Origin: Gemmatimonadota bacterium | GTDB taxonomy: Bacteria; Gemmatimonadota; Gemmatimonadetes; Palauibacterales; Palauibacteraceae | NCBI GenBank assembly: GCA_039589295.1 | Contig: JBDHHR010000001.1 | Coordinates: 127,558 to 191,557 of the forward strand | Length of the DNA stretch: 64,000 nt | Direction: 5' to 3' | Shown here: positions 40,343 to 50,807 of the stretch, one piece after another | How positions within the stretch are numbered: the first letter of the stretch is position 1 | Layout: each line of letters starts with the position of its first letter | Position numbers and translations under genes: made by a program | Notes under the pieces: generated by a model | What the model saw: the letters and a program-made list of their open reading frames with translations, nothing else | Database searches by the model: none | What the model was told of the DNA's origin: nothing

Positions 40343-41985
40343 GCCGCCGGAACCGGGGAAGGTGAGGCAGTCTGGTACGAAGCGAATATTACTGGTCCTT
40401 CGACGGAGGTTCCGAGCTCAGAGACCAGCGAGCGCACCCAAGGCAGGCGGTCCGGAACGTCAGCCGCCACGTGGCCCACGGGTTCTGCAGATGTCTCGGC
40501 GGCCAGACCGGACACGAAGAGAGCGGCGGACGCTGCGTCGGCCGATGCCATCCCGCCTCCCAGGTATGCCCCCAGGAGGCCGGTGAGAACGTCACCCGTG
40601 CCTCCAGCGGCCAGCGCAGGGCCACCTACGGTCGCGACCCTCAGCGGCGCTTCCGCCTCTGCCACCAGGGACGGCACTCCCTTCAGCGTGACCACACATC
40701 CGAGGAGTTCTGCCGTCTCGCGGGCGATAGCAGGAGGGTCCGCGACGACGTCCGACAGGGGCCGGTCCAGCACACGCGCCAGCTCTCCCGGATGCGGCGT
40801 GACGACGTCGTTCGGGGCGAGCAGCCCGGTCAGTTCCTCCAGTCGCCCGGCCCATACGCTGAGACCGTCCGCGTCCACCACCGCCGGACGGGACTCCCGC
40901 GTGGCTAGAACACGGCGGACGAGTCCGTACCGCGCTTCAGCACGTCCCAGCCCGGGGCCCACTGCCACGGCGCCGGCCCACCGCACCGCCTCATCGACAG
41001 CCTCTCCATCGGCCCACGAAACGAAGATCGCTCCCGGAACCGCTTCCTGGAGGATCTCCCGGTTCGCCGGATCGCTGACAACCTTGAGGATGCCTATTCC
41101 TCCCCTCAGCGCCGCCCGGGCTGCCAGCACCGCCGCACCCGCCATGCCTTCCTGGCCCGCTACCAGGGTCAGGTATCCGGCCCGCCCCTTGTGGGCGTCC
41201 GGAGCCCGCGGCACGAGCATGCGCGCCACCCAGCGGCCGGTTATCGCCCGTGCTGCCATGGGGACCGCCGGCGGTGGAAAACCGATCTCCACCGCTTCGA
41301 TGTCACCGCAGTACTCGCGGGCCGGGTGACGAAGAAGACCCAGCTTGGGCCAGCCGAGGCACACCGTGAGGGCGGCCCTGACACAAGCTCCCTCGACCGC
41401 ACCGGTGGTGAAGTTCGCCCCACTCGGGCCGTCTACGGCCGCAATGGGAATCCCCATCTCGTTGAGGCGATCGATCAGAAGGGCCTGCTGCTCGCGCGGA
41501 GCGCCGGTCAGGCCTGTACCGAGGAGTCCGTCGACCAGGACCGTGGCTCCGGCCGTTGCTGCGGGCAGTCGCTCCACCGGCTGTAGATCCAGAGGCCAGC
41601 CAGACAGCACGTCTGGCTCGGGAGCGTCGCTGCCCGCTCGGAATGCGGCCACTTCACGCCCCCAAGCGGAAAGGGTCCGTGCAGCTACGAGCGTGTCGGC
41701 TCCGTTGTGCCCGCTGCCGGCCACTGCCAGGACCCGACCGTCGGGCCATCGGGCTTGCAGGCGGCGCGCGACTTCCCGACCCGCCGCCTCGATCAGCGTT
41801 CGCTCGGTGGTCGCGCCGCTGGCTACCGCCTCAGCGTCGAGCGACGCCATCTCGGCGGCCGTGGGCAGCAAGACGGTCTCGGCGCCCGCTCGCCAACCGC
41901 CTCCGCGATCTCTCTCTCCGGCGCCTACAGCTCTTTCGAGCGGCATAGGACAGGGTCCTCGCCGCGCCACCCCCGCCCGATGCAC
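40339..41985 (-). CDS. nnr: Bifunctional NAD(P)H-hydrate repair enzyme (epimerase/dehydratase)
   Basis: YjeF-N domain (VLAVAGSGHNGADTLVAARTL) and a C-terminal carbohydrate-kinase-like domain. The start is probably internal to the track ORF. Confidence 0.85.
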   Translation of the reverse strand: MHRAGVARRGPCPMPLERAVGAGERDRGGGWRAGAETVLLPTAAEMASLDAEAVASGATTERTLIEAAGREVARRLQARWPDGRVLAVAGSGHNGADTLVAARTLSAWGREVAAFRAGSDAPEPDVLSGWPLDLQPVERLPAATAGATVLVDGLLGTGLTGAPREQQALLIDRLNEMGIPIAAVDGPSGANFTTGAVEGACVRAALTVCLGWPKLGLLRHPAREYCGDIEAVEIGFPPPAVPMAARAITGRWVARMLVPRAPDAHKGRAGYLTLVAGQEGMAGAAVLAARAALRGGIGILKVVSDPANREILQEAVPGAIFVSWADGEAVDEAVRWAGAVAVGPGLGRAEARYGLVRRVLATRESRPAVVDADGLSVWAGRLEELTGLLAPNDVVTPHPGELARVLDRPLSDVVADPPAIARETAELLGCVVTLKGVPSLVAEAEAPLRVATVGGPALAAGGTGDVLTGLLGAYLGGGMASADAASAALFVSGLAAETSAEPVGHVAADVPDRLPWVRSLVSELGTSVEGPVIFASYQTASPSPVPAA

Positions 41986-42012
41986 CGACGCGCCCGGCGG
42001 GAGTGTTGCGGG

Positions 42013-42210
42013 CTACTTGTAGGATTGGCCGATGTTTCGGCCGAAGCTGATCTCGCCGTTGTCGATCCTGATGTTGAAGCCGCACTCGGGACTCGAGCAC
42101 ACCCAGGCCTTGAATCGGATCGGCGCCCCATCGCGTCCGTAATCCGACAAGGGCAGCAGCAGCCCGACGTCACACTTCAGGCACTTCGGATACTGCGCAG
42201 CGTTCTCCAC
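42013..42210 (-). CDS. Small zinc-ribbon-like protein (65 aa)
   Basis: GTG start with a G-rich SD. CxxC...(24 aa)...CxxxxC (YPKCLKCD ... WVCSSPECGF). GC3-rich codons consistent with the host. Confidence 0.4.
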   Translation of the reverse strand: MENAAQYPKCLKCDVGLLLPLSDYGRDGAPIRFKAWVCSSPECGFNIRIDNGEISFGRNIGQSYK

Positions 42211-42324
42211 GCTCTACACCCCCTCCCAACGGAAAGCAGTCCCAGGCGGCAGCCCGAAAACGGAACGGCCTCAAGGGACATCCGGATCCCAGCGATTCCC
42301 CGCGGAATCCGGGATGCGTCCTTC

Positions 42325-42717
42325 TCAGCGTCCCCAGGGATACTCGAGTTCAAACGCTTGTTCGAACGAATACAGATCCTCGAAGTCCTCCCTACTGTCA
42401 CTCTCCTGCTTCGTTAGCACGCCGTGATCCACCAGCAGAAAGACAATCTCACCAACGTCTTGAGTCGAGTGAACGCCCCAGTGCCCGAGCACGGTTCGAG
42501 CCAGGGGTCCGAAGCATCCGAGCGCCAGCTCGCGGACTGCATCTGCCAGCTCGGCGCCCGTGATATGGCGAGGTCTCTCCAGCTCTCCAAGACGCCGGTG
42601 CAGCGCTCCCAGGACGAACAGATAGGCCTCCGAAGCGAAGCGCGGGTTCCGCCTTCGAAGCTGATCGATCGTCTCGGTGAGCGACGGTGGGTGCGTCACG
42701 GTCCCGTTCGAGCCCAT
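42325..42717 (-). CDS. Hypothetical protein (130 aa)
   Basis: Protein-like composition, co-directional with the Zn-ribbon ORF downstream. No family recognised. Confidence 0.4.
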   Translation of the reverse strand: MGSNGTVTHPPSLTETIDQLRRRNPRFASEAYLFVLGALHRRLGELERPRHITGAELADAVRELALGCFGPLARTVLGHWGVHSTQDVGEIVFLLVDHGVLTKQESDSREDFEDLYSFEQAFELEYPWGR

Positions 42718-42822
42718 GTCCTCATCCGACCGGGTATAGCTCCCCGGCCCTGTTCCTCTCTTCTCGCGGGCGCCGACCGCGTCGGAAGACCCCGAGAATG
42801 TAGAAATGCGCCAAAAACCGCG

Positions 42823-43308
42823 TCAAGTGTCCAACTCGACCAGGATGTCCGTTCCCCGGTCCACGACCTCGATCCGTCCGCCGGTGACATCGCGCAGTCG
42901 TCGTCGGAGCAGAGGCAGATCGGCCTCCGACACGGTGATGTCTACTGCAGCCCGCTCGTCGTACGCCGCGCCGAGTCGCTTGACGGCCAGCGCGTCCAGG
43001 GCCCTGGCCACGGCTCCCGTATCCTCGTAGAGGAAGGAGACACGGAGGCACCGGCCCCGCACGACACGGCACGATGGCAGGTTCTTCAGGGCTGTCGCCG
43101 CTGCGGCTCCGTACGCCCGCGCCAGGCCGCCGGTCCCGAGCCTGGTGCCGCCGAAGTAGCGCGTGACAACACCGCCACATCCCGAACGCCCGTTCGTTCG
43201 ATGGCCGTGACCACCGGGGCAGGCCATCGCTATGAACCTGGATCCCCTGACCTTGAGCTCGGTCGTGGATCGACCGACCGGAACCTGAAACGGCCCTGAG
43301 GCAACCAT
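42823..43308 (-). CDS. IMPACT/YigZ-family-like protein, atypically short
   Basis: N-terminal ELKVRGSRFIA and VVTRYFGGTRLGTGGLARAYG are both IMPACT (UPF0029) signatures. Only about 19 aa separate them, versus about 70 in YigZ, and the HHC/DDGEP motifs are missing. Confidence 0.45.
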   Translation of the reverse strand: MVASGPFQVPVGRSTTELKVRGSRFIAMACPGGHGHRTNGRSGCGGVVTRYFGGTRLGTGGLARAYGAAAATALKNLPSCRVVRGRCLRVSFLYEDTGAVARALDALAVKRLGAAYDERAAVDITVSEADLPLLRRRLRDVTGGRIEVVDRGTDILVELDT

Positions 43309-43367
43309 GCGTCGGGGGAGCGGTCAGGCTCTCCGGGACCCTCGCGCCGTGGAGGTGGCAACGTAAG

Positions 43368-44687
43368 TCACGGGGGCGCATCCGTGCCGGCCTCGACCAG
43401 CTCCGGATCGGCCACCAGCGGAAACTGGCCTGAAAGCTCCGACACTTCGCGGCGAACGTGTGTTCCCACGCTGCTGTCGCCCGAACGCAGGACCCGATCG
43501 ATCATTCCCGCTATCTCGCGCATTTCGTCCGGACCCATACCGCGGGTGGTGAGGGCCGGGGTACCTATGCGGATTCCAGACGTGACGAAAGGAGACCGCG
43601 TCTCGAAGGGCACCGTGTTCTTGTTGACCGTGATACCCGCGGCCCCCAGGAGCTCTTCCGCGTCCTTGCCGGAGAGCTCCGTGGCTCGAAGGTCGACCAG
43701 CAACAGGTGCGTGTCCGTACCCGCCGACACCAGACTGTGCCCACGCTCCATCAGAGCCTGCGCGAGTACTCGGGCGTTCTCCACCACGCGACCGGCATAC
43801 CGCCGGAACGACTCGGATCGCGCTTCTTGCAGCGCCACTGCCTTGGCGGCGATGACGTGCATCAGCGGGCCGCCCTGCATGCCGGGAAAGACCGACTTGT
43901 CGATGGCCTTCGCGTGCTGCTCCGTGCACAGGATCAGCCCGCCTCGAGGCCCGCGCAGCGTCTTATGGGTAGTCGTGGTGACCACGTCCGCCCAGGGGAC
44001 AGGCGACGGATGGACCTCGGCGGCTACCAGGCCCGCGATGTGGGCCATGTCCACCAGCAGGTACGCTCCGCATTCCCGTGCAACCTCGGCGAATTCCTGA
44101 AAGGGGAGGATGCGGGGATAGGCGCTGGCCCCGGCCACTATCATCCCGGGTCGGTGCCGGCGAGCCAGCTCACGCAGGGCATCGATGTCGACCCGCTGGT
44201 CGCTTTCCCTCACACCGTAAGCGACTACGTCGTACATGCGGCCGCTGAAGTTTACCGGCGATCCGTGGGTGAGGTGACCGCCATGGGACAGATCCATCCC
44301 CAGGATCGTGTCGCCCGGCTGCAGGAAGGCGAAATACGCAGCCATGTTTGCCTGAGCCCCGCTGTGCGGTTGCACATTGGCGTGATCCGAGCCGAACAGA
44401 GCCCTGGCGCGCTCCCGAGCCAGGTCCTCCACGACGTCGACCTGTTCGCAACCACCATAGTACCGCTTGCCCGGGTAGCCCTCGGCATACTTGTTGGTAA
44501 GTACCGAGCCCATCGCCTCGAGCACCGCGCCGGAGACGAAGTTCTCGCTGGCGATAAGCTCCAGCCCGTCGAGCTGCCGGACGGACTCGGCCTGGATCAC
44601 AGCGCACACATCCGGGTCGACCGTCGCCAGATGTCGGCATTCAGGAGCGACGTCGACCTCGCCGGGGTGGTACTGGTAGCCAGTCAT
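43368..44687 (-). CDS. glyA: Serine hydroxymethyltransferase
   Basis: [38 protein letters not shown] and the PLP-lysine region [14 protein letters not shown]. The start was trimmed to ATG 44687, immediately after the upstream stop. Confidence 0.95.
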   Translation of the reverse strand: MTGYQYHPGEVDVAPECRHLATVDPDVCAVIQAESVRQLDGLELIASENFVSGAVLEAMGSVLTNKYAEGYPGKRYYGGCEQVDVVEDLARERARALFGSDHANVQPHSGAQANMAAYFAFLQPGDTILGMDLSHGGHLTHGSPVNFSGRMYDVVAYGVRESDQRVDIDALRELARRHRPGMIVAGASAYPRILPFQEFAEVARECGAYLLVDMAHIAGLVAAEVHPSPVPWADVVTTTTHKTLRGPRGGLILCTEQHAKAIDKSVFPGMQGGPLMHVIAAKAVALQEARSESFRRYAGRVVENARVLAQALMERGHSLVSAGTDTHLLLVDLRATELSGKDAEELLGAAGITVNKNTVPFETRSPFVTSGIRIGTPALTTRGMGPDEMREIAGMIDRVLRSGDSSVGTHVRREVSELSGQFPLVADPELVEAGTDAPP

Positions 44688-44695
44688 CTTTTCGC

Positions 44696-45805
44696 TCACA
44701 CGTATGTACGGTGGAGGCTGGCCACCTGGCCGACCCGCTGCAGTGCCACCTCGTCCGCCGCCTCTGCGTAGGTGATGCCCGACGCGTCGGCCAGCTCGAA
44801 GATGGTGAGCAGCGTGTGATATATCTCGCCCGCCTTCCGCTTCGAGCGCTCCAGGGTCCAGCCCGCCAGCTCCGAGTAGACGTTTATCAGGCCCCCGGCG
44901 TTTATCACGTAGTCGGGCGCGTAGATGATGCCCCGCTCCTGGATCATCTGCCCGTGCCGGGCCTTCTTGAGCTGATTGTTCGCCGCCCCGGCCACGATGT
45001 CGACGCGGAGCTTCGGGACGGTGGCATCGTTGAGAATCGCGCCCAGCGCGCACGGAGCGAAGACGTCCGCATCGACATCGAAGATCTCGTCGGTCTTCAC
45101 CGCTTCGGCCCCGAACTCGTCCACCACCCGGTCCACCTTCGCCGAGTCGATGTCGGCCACGAAGAGCTTGGCACCCTCGTCCGTAAGGTCCTGGGCGAGG
45201 TAATAGCCGACATGACCAACGCCCTGGATCACTATGGAGCGCCCGCCGAGCTCGTCCGAGCCGTAGCGCTTCAGCGCACAGGCCTTGATTCCCAGGTAGG
45301 TGCCGTAGGCGGTGACGGGTGACGGATCGCCCGACTTGCCCGCCATCCCCACTACGTGCTCGGTCTCCATGTGGATGTAGTCCATGTCGCTGACGCTGGT
45401 CCCGACGTCCTCGGCCGTTATGTAGCGGCCTCCCAGCGACTCCACCGCACGCCCGTGCGCGCGCATGATCATCTCGCGCTTGGTGGTCTTGTGATCCCCG
45501 ATGATGACCGCCTTTCCGCCTCCCAGGTTGAGGCCCGCCACGGCCGCCTTGAAGGTCATGCCCCTGGAAAGCCGCAGGACATCGATCAGCGCATCATAGT
45601 CGGATTCGTAGTCCCAGAACCGAGTGCCGCCGAGCGCGGGACCGAGGGCCGTGTTGTGGACGGCTATTATTCCCCGGTAACCGCAGGACGGGTCGTACGT
45701 AAACACGACCTGCTCGTGTTCCCACTCTCCCATGAGATCGAACACGCCCCTCTTCCCGACGCCCTCCTCCAACTTTTCCACCACGTTGACCGCATCGTCA
45801 CTCAC
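44696..45805 (-). CDS. Leucine/valine (branched-chain amino acid) dehydrogenase, Glu/Leu/Phe/Val DH family
   Basis: [11 protein letters not shown] and a Rossmann [10 protein letters not shown]. About 365 aa, typical of LeuDH. Confidence 0.85.
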   Translation of the reverse strand: MSDDAVNVVEKLEEGVGKRGVFDLMGEWEHEQVVFTYDPSCGYRGIIAVHNTALGPALGGTRFWDYESDYDALIDVLRLSRGMTFKAAVAGLNLGGGKAVIIGDHKTTKREMIMRAHGRAVESLGGRYITAEDVGTSVSDMDYIHMETEHVVGMAGKSGDPSPVTAYGTYLGIKACALKRYGSDELGGRSIVIQGVGHVGYYLAQDLTDEGAKLFVADIDSAKVDRVVDEFGAEAVKTDEIFDVDADVFAPCALGAILNDATVPKLRVDIVAGAANNQLKKARHGQMIQERGIIYAPDYVINAGGLINVYSELAGWTLERSKRKAGEIYHTLLTIFELADASGITYAEAADEVALQRVGQVASLHRTYV

Positions 45806-46988
45806 TGTCGATTCCTCGTTCCAGGTATAGCTCGCGTGCTATGATTAGTCGGTGTATCTCGCTCGTTCCTTCATAGATCTCGGTCACTTTGGCATCACGG
45901 AACAGCCGCTCGACCGGATACTCGCGACTGTATCCATACCCCCCGAACACCTGGACGGCCTGCCTCGTGACCCACATCGCTGACTCGCTCGCATACAGCT
46001 TTGCCATGCTGGATAGCTTTCGCTTGCGCTCTTCCTGTGCATCGTACGCCTGCGCGGCCCGGTACAGAAGTCCCCTTGCCGCTTCAACCCGAACGGCCAT
46101 GTCCGCCAGTTTGAACTGGATGCCTTGGAAGTGCACCAGTGGCTTTCCAAATTGCCGACGCTCCTTCGCGTAGTCACGGGCGTAATCCAGAGCGGCTTCG
46201 GCTATTCCGATTGCCTGCGCCGCCACGCCCAACCGCCCGACCTCCAGCGCTTCCAGCGCGTACTTGAACCCGCGGTCCGCATCTCCGATGAGGTGTTCGG
46301 CGCCGAGGCGCATGTTCTCGAGGGTTACCTCCACCGTCTCCGAGCCTCGCAGACCCAGCTTCCGCTCCTTCTTCCCCGGCACATAACCAGGTGTGTCGGT
46401 CGGCACGATGAACGCACCGATGCCCTGGGAGCCCTGCCGCTCGTCGGGAGTGTCCGTCCGGGCCATGAGAAGCACCACGTCCGCGGATGCGCCGTTGGTT
46501 ACCCACAGCTTGCTCCCACTGATGCTCCAGGCCTCGCCGTCCCACACTGCCTGCGACTGGATGGCCGCCGCGTCGCTCCCGGCCCCCGCCTCCGACAGCG
46601 AGAAGGCTCCCAGAAGCTCGCCCCGCGCCATTGGCCTTAGCCAGCGATTCTTCTGCTCCTCGGTTCCGTACCGCAGGATGGCGTGTGTGGGAAGAGAGTT
46701 GTGGACGCTCATGGAGATGGCCACTGCGGGATCACCCCAGGCGATCTCCTCCAGCGCATACAGGTAGGTGAGCATGTCCAGGCCCAGCCCGCCGTACTCG
46801 ACTGGAATGAGCATGCCCAGGAATCCGAGCTCGCCGAGCTTGTCCACTGGCGTCCGATCGAACTCGCCCTCCCGCTCGTCACGCGCCTGTACCCCCGGGC
46901 GGAGGTCCTCCTCGGCGAAGCTCCGCGCCAGCTGGCAGATCTGCTGCTGCTCGTCAGTCAAGTTCGTGCCCGCGTCTGACCTACGCAT
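45798..46988 (-). CDS. Acyl-CoA dehydrogenase (short/branched-chain type)
   Basis: Full ACAD architecture. ...[17 protein letters not shown]...WVTNG... with a C-terminal catalytic Glu region. The start was trimmed to the ATG overlapping the hbd stop. Confidence 0.9.
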   Translation of the reverse strand: MRRSDAGTNLTDEQQQICQLARSFAEEDLRPGVQARDEREGEFDRTPVDKLGELGFLGMLIPVEYGGLGLDMLTYLYALEEIAWGDPAVAISMSVHNSLPTHAILRYGTEEQKNRWLRPMARGELLGAFSLSEAGAGSDAAAIQSQAVWDGEAWSISGSKLWVTNGASADVVLLMARTDTPDERQGSQGIGAFIVPTDTPGYVPGKKERKLGLRGSETVEVTLENMRLGAEHLIGDADRGFKYALEALEVGRLGVAAQAIGIAEAALDYARDYAKERRQFGKPLVHFQGIQFKLADMAVRVEAARGLLYRAAQAYDAQEERKRKLSSMAKLYASESAMWVTRQAVQVFGGYGYSREYPVERLFRDAKVTEIYEGTSEIHRLIIARELYLERGIDSE

Positions 46989-47847
46989 TCCCGTATTCGT
47001 AGAAACCGCGCCCGGACTTGCGGCCAAGCCGGCCCGCAGCCACGTACTTGGCCAGCAGCGGACATGGGCGATACTTGCTGTCGCCCAGATCCCGATGCAG
47101 CACGCGCATGATGGCCAGGCACGTATCCAGTCCGATGAGATCGGCCAGGGCAAGCGGTCCCATGGGATGGTTCATGCCCAGCTTCATCACCGTGTCGACC
47201 GCTTCCGCATCCGCGACCCCTTCCATGAGACACGTTATCGCCTCGTTGATCATCGGCATCAGGATCCGGTTCGAGACGAAGCCGGGGAAGTCGTTGACCT
47301 CCACCGGAGTCTTGCCCAGTCGCCGGCACAGGTCCAGCGTCAGGGCAACAGTCTCATCCGACGTCTCGAGTCCCCTGATTACCTCAACCAGCTGCATCAC
47401 CGGCACCGGATTCATGAAATGCATACCGATGAACCGCTCCGGCCGAGCGACGCCCGCGGCGAGCTCGGTAATCGAGATGGAACTCGTGTTGCTGGCGAGC
47501 ACCGCTGTGTCCCCGCAAACGCCTCTCAACTGCTCGAAGATCGCTCTCTTTACTTCCCGGCTCTCGGGTGCTGCCTCGACCACGACTTGCGACCCTTCGA
47601 CCTCACCCGGCTCCGTCGCTGCCCGGATGCGCTCCAGAGTCATCCGCGCCTCGGCGGCGCCGATGCGGTTCTTCGAGATCTGGCGGGCGAGGTTCTTCTC
47701 GATCGTCTCGCGAGCCCGGTCCAGCGCGTCGGGCACCGGATCCACCAGGAGGACTTCGATACCGGCCAGCGCAAAGAGGTGCGCGATGCCGTTACCCATG
47801 GTTCCGGCACCTATGACGCTGGCCCTGTCTATCTGGTTCGCGTTCAT
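46981..47847 (-). CDS. hbd: 3-hydroxyacyl/3-hydroxybutyryl-CoA dehydrogenase
   Basis: [29 protein letters not shown] is the NAD-binding motif. 288 aa, typical of Hbd. Confidence 0.9.
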   Translation of the reverse strand: MNANQIDRASVIGAGTMGNGIAHLFALAGIEVLLVDPVPDALDRARETIEKNLARQISKNRIGAAEARMTLERIRAATEPGEVEGSQVVVEAAPESREVKRAIFEQLRGVCGDTAVLASNTSSISITELAAGVARPERFIGMHFMNPVPVMQLVEVIRGLETSDETVALTLDLCRRLGKTPVEVNDFPGFVSNRILMPMINEAITCLMEGVADAEAVDTVMKLGMNHPMGPLALADLIGLDTCLAIMRVLHRDLGDSKYRPCPLLAKYVAAGRLGRKSGRGFYEYGNA

Positions 47848-47917
47848 GCTTGCCGATACCCCCGCGAGGCAGACGGTGCTGCGCCGCCCGGTTGACGCAG
47901 CACGGCCGGCCCGCTCC

Positions 47918-48796
47918 TCAGGTTCGTTCTGGAAGTGGCCGCAGCTCCAACACGGCCGCGTCGCGGGAGAGCCAGCTGGCCCTTGCTACCCAGGCGATCC
48001 CCAGGACCGTCGCCAGGCTCAGCAGAAGTCCTCCCTCCGGACCGTAGTCGCCTCCGGTGAGAATGTCCGGTCCCGCGATCCAGGCGTCATAGCTCGGCGT
48101 GTCGATCTCCAGGCCACTGACGGGCAGGTCCGCGGCAAAACTCATCAACCAGTTCCACCCGAGATGAGCGCCGGTAACCACCCACAGGCTGTATGTCCTC
48201 CAGTACATGATGCCGAGCAAGATTCCGGCCAGCGCCGTGTTGGCGAATCCGAGCCCGCCTATGCCCGGGTTCGCCCCGTGAAGAGCCGCGAAAGCAGCCG
48301 CGGTCAGCAGAACCGCGGCCCGCGGGCCCAGGGCCTGGGCGAGCACCTGAAACGGGTAGCCGCGGAATACCAGCTCCTCCAAGAACGCCGCCAGGGTAAA
48401 CAATAACGTCGTGGCCAGCACCGCGCGGGTGAACTCCTGGGCGTTCCACACTCCCGTCCGCCACCCGATCCAACCCGCGGAGGCCATCACGACCACCACG
48501 GATCCGATGAGCACGGCACCTAACCCGAAGCCCCGGATGAAGTCCGTGACCGCTCGCACCCCCGGAACGAGACCGAGGCCGGCGAGCGAAGTCGACTCCA
48601 CCCCGGACATCATGACCCAGCTGGCTGCCAGTGCACCGGCAAGGGCCGGCCCGAGGGCCCACCATTCGAAGGCCAAACCGGCGTTCAGGCCCGCGAGGGC
48701 TACCCAGGTGTAAGCCAGCAGGGTCGCCAGAAGGAAGAGAAGGAGGACGAACAGGGTCAGCCTCCAACCCCACCACAGGCGCGAGTCGCGTTTCAG
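47918..48796 (-). CDS. CPBP family intramembrane metalloprotease (CAAX protease/Abi)
   Basis: Motifs [18 protein letters not shown] and HLGWNW. The track ORF overlaps bioY, so the true start is probably a non-ATG near 48796. Confidence 0.65.
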   Translation of the reverse strand: MKRDSRLWWGWRLTLFVLLLFLLATLLAYTWVALAGLNAGLAFEWWALGPALAGALAASWVMMSGVESTSLAGLGLVPGVRAVTDFIRGFGLGAVLIGSVVVVMASAGWIGWRTGVWNAQEFTRAVLATTLLFTLAAFLEELVFRGYPFQVLAQALGPRAAVLLTAAAFAALHGANPGIGGLGFANTALAGILLGIMYWRTYSLWVVTGAHLGWNWLMSFAADLPVSGLEIDTPSYDAWIAGPDILTGGDYGPEGGLLLSLATVLGIAWVARASWLSRDAAVLELRPLPERT

Positions 48797-49374
48797 CGAA
48801 GCAGCCTTCGCACGTAGCTGCCCGGCCGGCGTCCCAGCAGGAACACGAGGGCCAGCTTGAGAGCGTCTCCGACCAGGAACGGGACCAGGCCTGTGGCCAC
48901 CGCCGTCTCCTTGCCTGCTGCCGCAGCCAGCCACGCCAACCCGGCGGCGTGAATGGCTGCCAGGCCCAGCACCAGCCCAACTACCCACCCGGCCACGCTC
49001 GCCTCCTGGCTGGCGAAACGGCCGGCGATGGCAGCCGCGACGGGAAACGCCAGGAGATACCCTCCCGTCGGCCCCAGCAGGTAGGCCAGTCCGCCGCCCG
49101 CCGCGAACACGGGAAGCCCCATCGCTCCGGCCGCCAGGTACGCGAGCTGGCTGGACGCGCCGAGGCGGCTGCCCAGTGTCACTCCCGCCAGCAGGACGGC
49201 AACGACCTGGAGCGTCAACGGGACGGCGATGCCTGGAATCGGTACGCTGAGCCTCGCGCCGACGGCGGTGAGCAGGGCGAAGCTAAGCACGCCCGTGATC
49301 CGGCGGAGTTGCACCGACCCCACCCGCCGCGCCGCGAGAGTCGTCGCCTCCGTTCGCGAAGCCTGTTGATTCAT
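48793..49374 (-). CDS. bioY: Biotin transporter BioY family
   Basis: Multi-TM protein with PIPGIAVPLTLQVVAVLLAG...AGAMGLPVFAAGGGLAYLLGPTGGYLLAFP. The start was trimmed to MNQQ, 3 nt after the thiolase stop. Confidence 0.7.
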   Translation of the reverse strand: MNQQASRTEATTLAARRVGSVQLRRITGVLSFALLTAVGARLSVPIPGIAVPLTLQVVAVLLAGVTLGSRLGASSQLAYLAAGAMGLPVFAAGGGLAYLLGPTGGYLLAFPVAAAIAGRFASQEASVAGWVVGLVLGLAAIHAAGLAWLAAAAGKETAVATGLVPFLVGDALKLALVFLLGRRPGSYVRRLLR

Positions 49375-50582
49375 GCTCTCTCCACGCTCAGAGCCACCGC
49401 GTTGCCGCCCCCCAGACACAAGGTGGCGATGCCCCTTTCGACTTCTCGATCCCGCATCGCGTACAGAAGAGTCGTGAGGATCCTCGCGCCGGATGCCCCT
49501 ATCGGGTGTCCGAGAGCGATCGCTCCGCCACGCACGTTGACCCGCTCGAGGTCGAGGTCCAGCGCACGGGCGTCGGCCAGTGCCTGCACCGCGAAGGCCT
49601 CGTTCATCTCGACCAGGCCGTAGTCCTCGAGGGAGGTACCTTCCTGATCCAGCAGCCTGCGCACCGCCAGGACCGGGGCGAAGAAGAGGTCCTGCGGCGC
49701 CGTGGCGCCGACCGAATATGCGCTGATCCGCGCGAGGATGTCCAGTCCGTTCGCACGTGCGTAGGCCTCCGAGGTGACGACCGTCGCGGCCGCGCCGTCG
49801 TTGAGCCCGGGAGCGTTCCCGGCCGTGACGCTGTGCTCGGTTACCTCGGGCGGAGCATCGGCCGCGAAGGCCGGTCTCAAGCGGGCCAGTGCCTCGAGCG
49901 AGGTGTCCCGCCGGGGCGTCTCGTCCACGTCAACGGTGACGGTGCCTTTCCGGCCCTCGATCTCCACCGGAACGATCTCCGCCACGAACTCTCCGGCGTC
50001 GATGGCGGCCACGGCTTTCCGGTGGCTCGACAGCGCGAACAGGTCCTGGTCCTCGCGCGAGATCCCCGCCTTGTGGGCCGTGTACTCGGCGTGCCCGCCC
50101 ATGTGACACTGGCCGAAGGAACACCACAGCCCATCGTGTATCAGCGAGTCCACGACAGGGCGATCACCGAACTTGACCCCCAACCGGTAGCCGGTCAGCA
50201 GGTGAGGGGCGTTCGACATGGACTCCATTCCGCCGGCGACCACGACCTGCTGATCGCCAGCCTTGATGGCCTGGGCTGCGAGCATCACCGCCTTGAGCCC
50301 CGAGCCGCAGACCTTGTTGACGGTCACCGCGGGAATCGTCTCCGGCAGCTCAGCCGCGATGGCAGCCTGCCGTGCCGGAGCCTGCCCCACGCCCGCCTGG
50401 ATAACGTTGCCCATGATCACGTCGTCTATCTCATCGCCGACTATTCCGCTGCGCTCGATCGCAGCGGCGATCGCCCGGCCGCCGAGCTGCGTAGCGGTGA
50501 GGGGCGACAGACCGCCGAGAAAACGGCCAGTGGGAAGCCGAACCGCCCCCACGATGACCGGTGTCTTTTCCGCATCACTCAT
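49371..50582 (-). CDS. Acetyl-CoA C-acetyltransferase (thiolase II)
   Basis: VNKVCGSGLKAV (active Cys), C-terminal GHPIGASGARI and CLGGGNAVA. The start was trimmed to MSDAEKTPVIVGA, where the ATG overlaps the upstream stop (ATGA). Confidence 0.9.
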   Translation of the reverse strand: MSDAEKTPVIVGAVRLPTGRFLGGLSPLTATQLGGRAIAAAIERSGIVGDEIDDVIMGNVIQAGVGQAPARQAAIAAELPETIPAVTVNKVCGSGLKAVMLAAQAIKAGDQQVVVAGGMESMSNAPHLLTGYRLGVKFGDRPVVDSLIHDGLWCSFGQCHMGGHAEYTAHKAGISREDQDLFALSSHRKAVAAIDAGEFVAEIVPVEIEGRKGTVTVDVDETPRRDTSLEALARLRPAFAADAPPEVTEHSVTAGNAPGLNDGAAATVVTSEAYARANGLDILARISAYSVGATAPQDLFFAPVLAVRRLLDQEGTSLEDYGLVEMNEAFAVQALADARALDLDLERVNVRGGAIALGHPIGASGARILTTLLYAMRDREVERGIATLCLGGGNAVALSVERA

Positions 50583-50806
50583 TTGAGCCACTCCTCGCAG
50601 CCGTCCCGGCGTCGCGTGTCCGCCAGACCGACGATCTCCCATTCGTCGACGACCCGTGCGATCTGAAAGACGTTCACGCCGCAGTGACTGAGCTGGCCGT
50701 TGAGGTAGAACGCGTTTCCTTCTCCGGAGTCTGCGCCCGCGTCTGATCGGCAACCGGCCCCTGAAGAACCGCGACTACCGACAGCGCGACGCTCAGGGGG
50801 CACCAC
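50579..50806 (-). CDS. Candidate small ORF (75 aa) translationally coupled to thiolase
   Basis: Its stop overlaps the thiolase ATG (ATGA), and its start lies 2 nt after the upstream MBL stop. The N-terminus is low-complexity. The C-terminal NAFYLNGQLSHCGVNVFQIARVVDEWEIVGL is protein-like. Confidence 0.3.
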   Translation of the reverse strand: MVPPERRAVGSRGSSGAGCRSDAGADSGEGNAFYLNGQLSHCGVNVFQIARVVDEWEIVGLADTRRRDGCEEWLK

Positions 50807-50807
50807 A

